Source: Nitrospirota bacterium
Lineage (GTDB): Bacteria > Nitrospirota > UBA9217
Direction: 5' to 3'
Assembly (NCBI GenBank): GCA_963740085.1
Contig: CAVUCU010000001.1
Coordinates: 224,001 to 288,000 of the forward strand
DNA length: 64,000 bases
Translations under genes and position numbers: made by a program
The notes under the pieces: generated by a model
What the model was told of the DNA's origin: nothing
Databases searched by the model: none
What the model saw: the letters and a program-made list of their open reading frames with translations, nothing else
Shown: in pieces, positions 62,082-64,000 of the stretch
How positions within the stretch are numbered: position 1 is the stretch's first letter
How the letters are laid out: each line of letters opens with the position of its first letter

Positions 62082-62300
62082 ATGATTGAATATATTGCCA
62101 AAATGCCATGGGGACTCGTCATCTTCGCCTGTCTGACCCTCGGGCTCGCCCCCTTTTCTCCGCCTCATATCTGGGAAAAGCTCCAGATGCTGGTGAAAGG
62201 CCAGCTGGTGAGGCCCATAGACTGGTTCGATTTCTTGATGCACGGAACACCCTGGGTGTTGCTTGTTCTGAAAGGCATTTTGTCATTGATGAAGAAATAA
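62082..62300 (+). CDS. Small conserved-type membrane protein
   Basis: TLGLAPFSPPHIWEKL..PIDWFDFLMHGTPW. Confidence 0.7.
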   Translation: MIEYIAKMPWGLVIFACLTLGLAPFSPPHIWEKLQMLVKGQLVRPIDWFDFLMHGTPWVLLVLKGILSLMKK

Positions 62301-62482
62301 GATTGACCCGGAGGGTGATGCTGCTTCGGAACCACCGTTCGTATTAAAAATGAATTCATGGCGAACAATCCACAAAACCCTTGACCGAAAATAATCATTC
62401 TGAGATTCTCATCCAAACTACTCCGTCAAATCGCTTTTCACAGAACAGGTAAATCCAGGGGAAAGAGCAAATATCCGTAAAG

Positions 62483-63229
62483 ATGAGTGACCCTAATCAT
62501 TTAAAATGGAGAACATCCGGAGAAATCTCCCCGGGCGATTCCTGTCGACGCTCTGGCCGGACAGTAATGCTATGGATCGCACTTTTTGCACTCCTTGCAC
62601 TCTTAGTGCACCAAAGCCATGCTTCTGAATGGTATTCAGTAGACAATACGACCGACGGGATCCAGATTCTCAGGAAAGAAGTGAAAGGCAACGGGCTGAT
62701 CGCATTTCGGGGTATCGGCGTTGTCGCAGCGCCATTGCCCTTAGTAGCGACGGTTATCTTTGATACTGACAGGCGGATGGAATGGATAGAAGGCCTGATC
62801 GAATCCAGAATCATCCGCCGGGAAGACAAAGACTTTTTCATTGAATACGACCACATTGACATGCCGTTATTCTTCAAAGATCGTGATTTTGTGTCGAAGA
62901 TAAAAATGAGCTTCGACCGGTCCAGGAAGGAGTTGGTTTTCCATTATCAGCCATCAGACGATCCCGCTGCTCCGCATACCGATTATCTTCGCGGCGAATT
63001 GCTCAACACGACGTTTATTCTCAGTTCTATCGAGAATGATACTAAGACCAGGGTTGATGCGCAGTTCCTTTGCGATCCGAAAGGGTGGATCCCGACATGG
63101 CTCGTTAACTTTTTCGTTAAAGACTGGCCGAAGACCACATTCAGGAATTTACGGAAGGAGGTCTCGAGATCTGACCTCCTGGTTGACCCCCGTTTCTCCA
63201 AGATGCTTCAACGGGGGACAATCAAATAG
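62483..63229 (+). CDS. START-domain (SRPBCC) lipid-binding protein; start may be 62567
   Basis: KDRDFV and DPKGWIPTWLVN motifs; signal-like segment. Confidence 0.8.
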   Translation: MSDPNHLKWRTSGEISPGDSCRRSGRTVMLWIALFALLALLVHQSHASEWYSVDNTTDGIQILRKEVKGNGLIAFRGIGVVAAPLPLVATVIFDTDRRMEWIEGLIESRIIRREDKDFFIEYDHIDMPLFFKDRDFVSKIKMSFDRSRKELVFHYQPSDDPAAPHTDYLRGELLNTTFILSSIENDTKTRVDAQFLCDPKGWIPTWLVNFFVKDWPKTTFRNLRKEVSRSDLLVDPRFSKMLQRGTIK

Positions 63230-63409
63230 AAGAAACGTGCAAGACTTAAGTCAATTCTTCCTGAATCATGCACCAGACGTTTGACTTGAAAATGTGTAAG
63301 TTTCATGTTATATATTTTACGCTGTTTGCGTAATCGGCTTTGTAGACATGAGTTCCCAGAATGAGTATTCTGGGAACAATAGACCAACCCGCTCCACATT
63401 GCAAAGGAA

Positions 63410-64000
63410 ATGCTTATGACGGCATGTGATATCAATACGTCGGTGCTATTCTGGTCTTTAATCAAGCAATTCTCGCAGGTCGATCTCTTTATGGATGTCG
63501 GAAGTCTTGACGGCACTCAGTCGTTCAACGCAGAACGGTCCTTTCCCGAAGCCACGGTTATCGCGTTCGAGGCGAACCCAGCAAATGCCGCACAGATACG
63601 TCGAGAAGTCAAGCGTCGCCGCTCGCGGGTGCTCCTGGAAGAAATTGCTGTCGGCAATACCAGCGGGAAGGCGGTGTTCCATCTGGCTACGCCCGACAAA
63701 GGGAACAAGGGAATGTCCTCGCTGCTCGACCGAACTGATTCACCAACGGGGGGAGATGGAGATAAAATCAGCGTCGACCTGCGGCGACTCGACAGCTTTC
63801 CCGTCGGCGACGCCAGGAACATTGTTCTCTGGATCGACCTTGAAGGAGCGGGGTTCCATGCGCTGGAGGGAATGGCCGGAATAAGCGACCGCGTAAAATT
63901 CGTGCATATTGAAGTGGAGACTGAGGAGGTCTGGAAAGGCCAGAAAATGGCGCGGGACATCGTCACCTTGATGAGGGGATATGGGCTCGTCGTGGCCGGC
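63410..64000 (+). CDS. FkbM family methyltransferase, 3'-truncated (absent from the ORF track)
   Basis: Open frame to the window end: MDVGSLDG, IAFEANP, RRLDSF, LWIDLEGA. Confidence 0.85.
   Translation, partial: MLMTACDINTSVLFWSLIKQFSQVDLFMDVGSLDGTQSFNAERSFPEATVIAFEANPANAAQIRREVKRRRSRVLLEEIAVGNTSGKAVFHLATPDKGNKGMSSLLDRTDSPTGGDGDKISVDLRRLDSFPVGDARNIVLWIDLEGAGFHALEGMAGISDRVKFVHIEVETEEVWKGQKMARDIVTLMRGYGLVVAG

Noticed and set aside
63495-63884. 129-aa ORF from the track
   Set aside because: Wrong frame; the FkbM methyltransferase frame from 63410 explains the region

Overview
About 64 kb of bacterial chromosome, mostly GC-rich with an AT-richer accessory stretch at about 36.4-44.4 kb. Gene content suggests a Nitrospirota- or Desulfobacterota-like organism (inference only). 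Core genes: smc, purM-purN, trpS, a polyprenyl synthase, cspA and tRNA-Ala(CGC). Other identifiable units: an A2-type heme-copper oxidase operon (sco-coxI-coxIII-coxIV-coxII-ctaB), a partial T2SS/T4P cluster, a P-type ATPase and several envelope genes. No CRISPR array, rRNA, intact transposase or integrase was seen. Most notable observations: (1) a 61-bp triple tandem repeat whose unit encodes a diverged copy of the upstream gene's C-terminus; (2) a lipoprotein cytochrome with about 20 putative heme motifs, including CX9CH/CX5CH, behind a sigma-54 promoter; (3) an L,D-transpeptidase-MurC/Mpl fusion; (4) an orphan structured RNA with alternative terminator pairing; (5) a decayed island at the tRNA 3' end with a direct-repeat-bounded low-GC cassette; (6) families of periodic 7/9/10-mer inverted-repeat elements, one inside a coding sequence; (7) NrdR-like boxes before smc. 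Family names come from motif recognition, not from searches.
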